Source: the human T2T-CHM13v2.0 reference genome, Homo sapiens. Taken from it: a stretch of DNA of 64,000 nucleotides. Of this stretch, positions 60,060-64,000 are shown one piece after another. A program made the position numbers and the translations under genes. The stretch lies in the NCBI RefSeq assembly GCF_009914755.1, contig NC_060928.1; one strand, 5' to 3'. Numbering within the stretch: position 1 is the stretch's first letter; each line of letters starts with the position of its first letter. The notes beneath the pieces are model-generated. The model was not told where the DNA came from and searched no databases. It saw only the letters and a list, made by a program, of their open reading frames with translations.

Positions 60060-60360
60060 TGTCAAATAAAGGGGACACCGGCAGGGGTAGGCTGGGAGAG
60101 CCTGCAAACCATAATGCCGGCCTACTCCCTGTGAAAGGAGAGAGGGAAGGAAGGAAGCTTGGTCAGCAAGAGCCTCAGACTGTACTGCAGCTCTGAGATG
60201 GCCTCAGACAGACCAGTGGGGAGCCACTCAGTAGAGACTGCTCATTCAAGGAGTCCTGCATGCGGAAGAAATGGCTTGTCTCAGTCATTGGCTGGGTAGG
60301 AGCATAATCTTGGCATGGGTAGCACACAGCTGGGAGCTATGAGCTGTGTTCTCATGATAG
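60060..60360 (-). mobile_element. ERVL LTR fragment (LTR33-like)
   Basis: CCTGTGAAAGGAGAGAGGGAAGGAAGG...AAGAGCCTCAGACTG...CAGTCATTGGCTGGG; family name from memory. Confidence 0.45.
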
Positions 60361-60412
60361 CCGTAAGGCAAGAGTGCCTGGTATGGTCAAATAGCAAAAA
60401 TGAATCAATGCC

Positions 60413-60762
<350 letters not shown>

Positions 60763-60907
60763 TCAGTGGAATAACGGGTTCAAAGTCAGACCATCGAGGC
60801 TCCTTGGCTATGTAAAGGCTTTGGCTTTTCACTCTAAGTGGAATACATTTACTACCAGTGACAAACACTGAGCAGAAGTGACATGATCTTACTTCTTCCC
60901 CCACCCT

Positions 60908-61695
<788 letters not shown>

Positions 61696-61945
61696 CTACT
61701 GTTTTAAGAGCACCACTCTGGCTACCATGTTGGAAGTAGGTTGTGAGGAGACCAAGGTACAAGCAGGGGGACTGGTTAGGCAGCTACTGCAGGGAGCCAG
61801 GTGAGAGATGGAGGGACTCAGGCACAGTGCGCAGTGGTAGCAGAGGAGGGGGTGAGCAGACACTTGTGGATAAATATGGAAGCCGGAACCAACAAGAAAG
61901 GCTAAAAGACTGCATATGGAATGTAAGACAGAAATGGAGGATACA

Positions 61946-62672
61946 TGTGTTTCCTTGGTCTGCCATAACAAAGTACCACAAACTGGGTGGCCTACATGAT
62001 AGAAAATTATTGTCTGACAGTTCTAGTGGCTACAAGTCGAAAATCAAGGTGTCAGCAAGGTTGGTTTCTTCTGACGGCTACTCTCCTTGCTTCTAGTAGG
62101 CTCAGGTATTCCTTTGCTTGTAGCCGGCATTCTCCCTGTGTGTTCACAATGTCTTCTCTCTCTGTTTGCCTGTCTGTGTGTAGAATTCCCTTTTTATAAG
62201 GACATCAGTCATATTGGGATTAGGCCTACCCTAATGACCTCATTTTAATATGACCATTGTTTTTTGAGACAGGGTCTCACTCTGTTGCCCAGGCTGAAGC
62301 ACAGTGGCACAATCTTGGCTCACTGCAAACTCCACCTCCCAGGTTCAAGCCATTCTTGTGCCTCAGCCTCCCGAGTAGCTGTGATTACAGGCAAGCACCA
62401 CCATGCCCGGCTAGTTTTTGTATTTTTAGTAGAGGTGGGGTTTTGCCACGTTGGCCAAGCTGGTCTCCAACTCCTGACGTCAGGTGATCTGCCTCCTCAG
62501 CCTCCCAAAGTGCTGGGGTTATGGGCATGGGCCGCCATGCCCAGCCGGTTGCTTAGTATTTCATTGTGTCTCTGTACCACATTTTGTGAATATGAGACCC
62601 GATCTCACATTCACAGGTACTAGGGGGTAGGACTTCAGCATCTTCTTGCAGGATGCAATCCTACCTGTAACA
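61946..62672 (-). mobile_element. MaLR solo LTR (MLT1B/C-like), interrupted
   Basis: CTGCCATAACAAAGTACCACAAACTGGGTGGC...CCCTAATGACCTCATTTTAA | insert | TCACATTCACAGGTACTAGGGGGTAGGACTTCA...TAACA. Confidence 0.85.
62258..62587 (-). repeat. Duplicate of the 61263-61606 Alu plus 41 bp of L1 flank
   Basis: Shares private variants with the upstream Alu and carries the same flank at 37/41 identity. Confidence 0.9.
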
Positions 62673-63182
62673 GAGAATGTATTAAAGAATTTTGCACTGA
62701 ACAACTGAAAGGATGGAGTTGCTGTCAACTGAGATGTGGAAGGCTGTGAGTGTTCACAGGTTTGGATATAGTCCATTTGAGATATTTATTAGAAACCAAG
62801 TGGGAATGTCAAGTAGGCAATTATACAGACACAAATTAATGTTCAGGAGACAGATCAGATCTGAGCTAAAGATATGAATTTGGGAGTTGTCCGGATAGAA
62901 ATGAATAGTATTTAAATTCACGACCTGGAGAAGATGGAGCTACAAACCAAGCCCTTTGATACTCCAGAGTTAAATCAGGGGAGAAAAGAAGGAACCGACA
63001 AATGTGATTCAGAGTGACGGAAAGAATAAGAGAAAACTCAAGGGAGATATAATTTGCCACTATTGAGAGCTGAGTAGAGAACAGGCCCTGTGCTATGTGA
63101 CATACACATCATCTCTAATTCCAGCAACACTGCAAAGAGAATGCGCCCCTCCTTTGCTTAGTTGAGCCAGCTCGAGCTAAGA

Positions 63183-63445
63183 GACAGCGTGGCGTTGTAC
63201 TTAGCAGCATGAGCTGGACCGCCCAGCTTCAAATCCCCATTTTGCCTCCTCCCTAGCTCTGAAATATCATGCAAAGTACTTTGCCTCTCTGTGTTTTGGT
63301 TTCCTCAACTGTGAAATACAATAGTACCTACCCCCATAGGATCGTTAAAAGGATTAGATGAATTAAAACTCTTCTTAAAAAGAACCACCGTTAAAGTTTC
63401 TTGAACAGAACACAGCGCACAGCAAACGCTACATTATTGCCTGTT
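63183..63445 (+). mobile_element. MIR SINE
   Basis: GACAGCGTGGCG..TTCAAATCCC..CCTAGCTCTG..CCTCTCTGTGTTTTGGTTTCCTCAACTGTGAAAT..AATAGTACCTACC. Confidence 0.75.
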
Positions 63446-64000
63446 ACATAAGTAAATGTATGTAAATTAAGTAAGTTAAAAGTCTCACAGCTCCTAAGAA
63501 GCAGAAATAGGATTTGAACCTAGGATTTTCTGCATTTGAAGCCCATCCTGTTTCTAGTGTATCACGGTGAATGTGACTCTTTCCTTAGCATTAGCATAGA
63601 TTAATTAATCTAATTAGGGGAATGGATCATTTGGAAAAATGAAGAGACAGTTCTGGAAGGCTGCATTAAGGATGTTTTACTAAATAAGAAATGAAGTTTT
63701 GAGAGGACAAGTTGTCATATAAATGTGAAAGCAATAAAAGAGAGAGAGAACCACAAGAGAGGCCTAGACCCCTGGGTCTAAGATAGGGGAAGACTCACCT
63801 TTTGAGGGCCTCTTCTTCACAAAATCAGGGCACCTGGGGTGGGTATTTTAGGGGGAACTAAGAAGATAAAGGACTTTGCTTCCCTCTTGTCTTACCTGGG
63901 ACCAATCTTTTTCCTGTGGATGCTCACCATCAGGGGTGAGGTGACCATGAAGATCTGTTTAAAGTCTGTGCTGAAAGAAGTAATCAGAGAGAATCAGAAT

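Noticed and set aside
63597-63612. Perfect 16-bp palindrome TAGATTAATTAATCTA
   Set aside because: Short and almost all AT, so weak evidence alone.

Overview
This is primate (catarrhine/hominoid, most likely human) non-coding DNA, intergenic or deep intronic. I recognise no intact host protein-coding gene. The only recognisable proteins in the ORF track are broken LINE-1 ORF1/ORF2 pieces; the other short ORFs are Alu-derived or chance frames. Transposons dominate: a 5'-truncated L1PA3/4-like element (minus strand, ~5850-9392), a full-length but dead L1PA7/8-like element (plus strand, ~12840-19310), about 14 Alu copies or fragments, a solo HERV-H LTR7 with a perfect 5-bp TSD, several ERVL/MaLR solo LTRs, and many old L2/MIR/L1M pieces. 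Repeat-free, TAAT-rich blocks between them look like candidate enhancers, but that is inference only. The most notable structures seen directly are: an Alu copied together with 41 bp of its L1 flank into a nearby MLT1 LTR (apparent DNA-level duplication); a near-perfect 31-bp hairpin at 31700-31768; a tailless U2 snRNA 5' fragment with a 17-bp TSD; a dispersed 76-bp duplication whose CT tail expanded in one copy; and a 24-nt orphan insert between 12-bp direct repeats. I found no evidence of a novel multi-gene system. Repeat subfamily names come from recalled consensus sequences and need RepeatMasker/Dfam confirmation; boundaries of old repeats are approximate.
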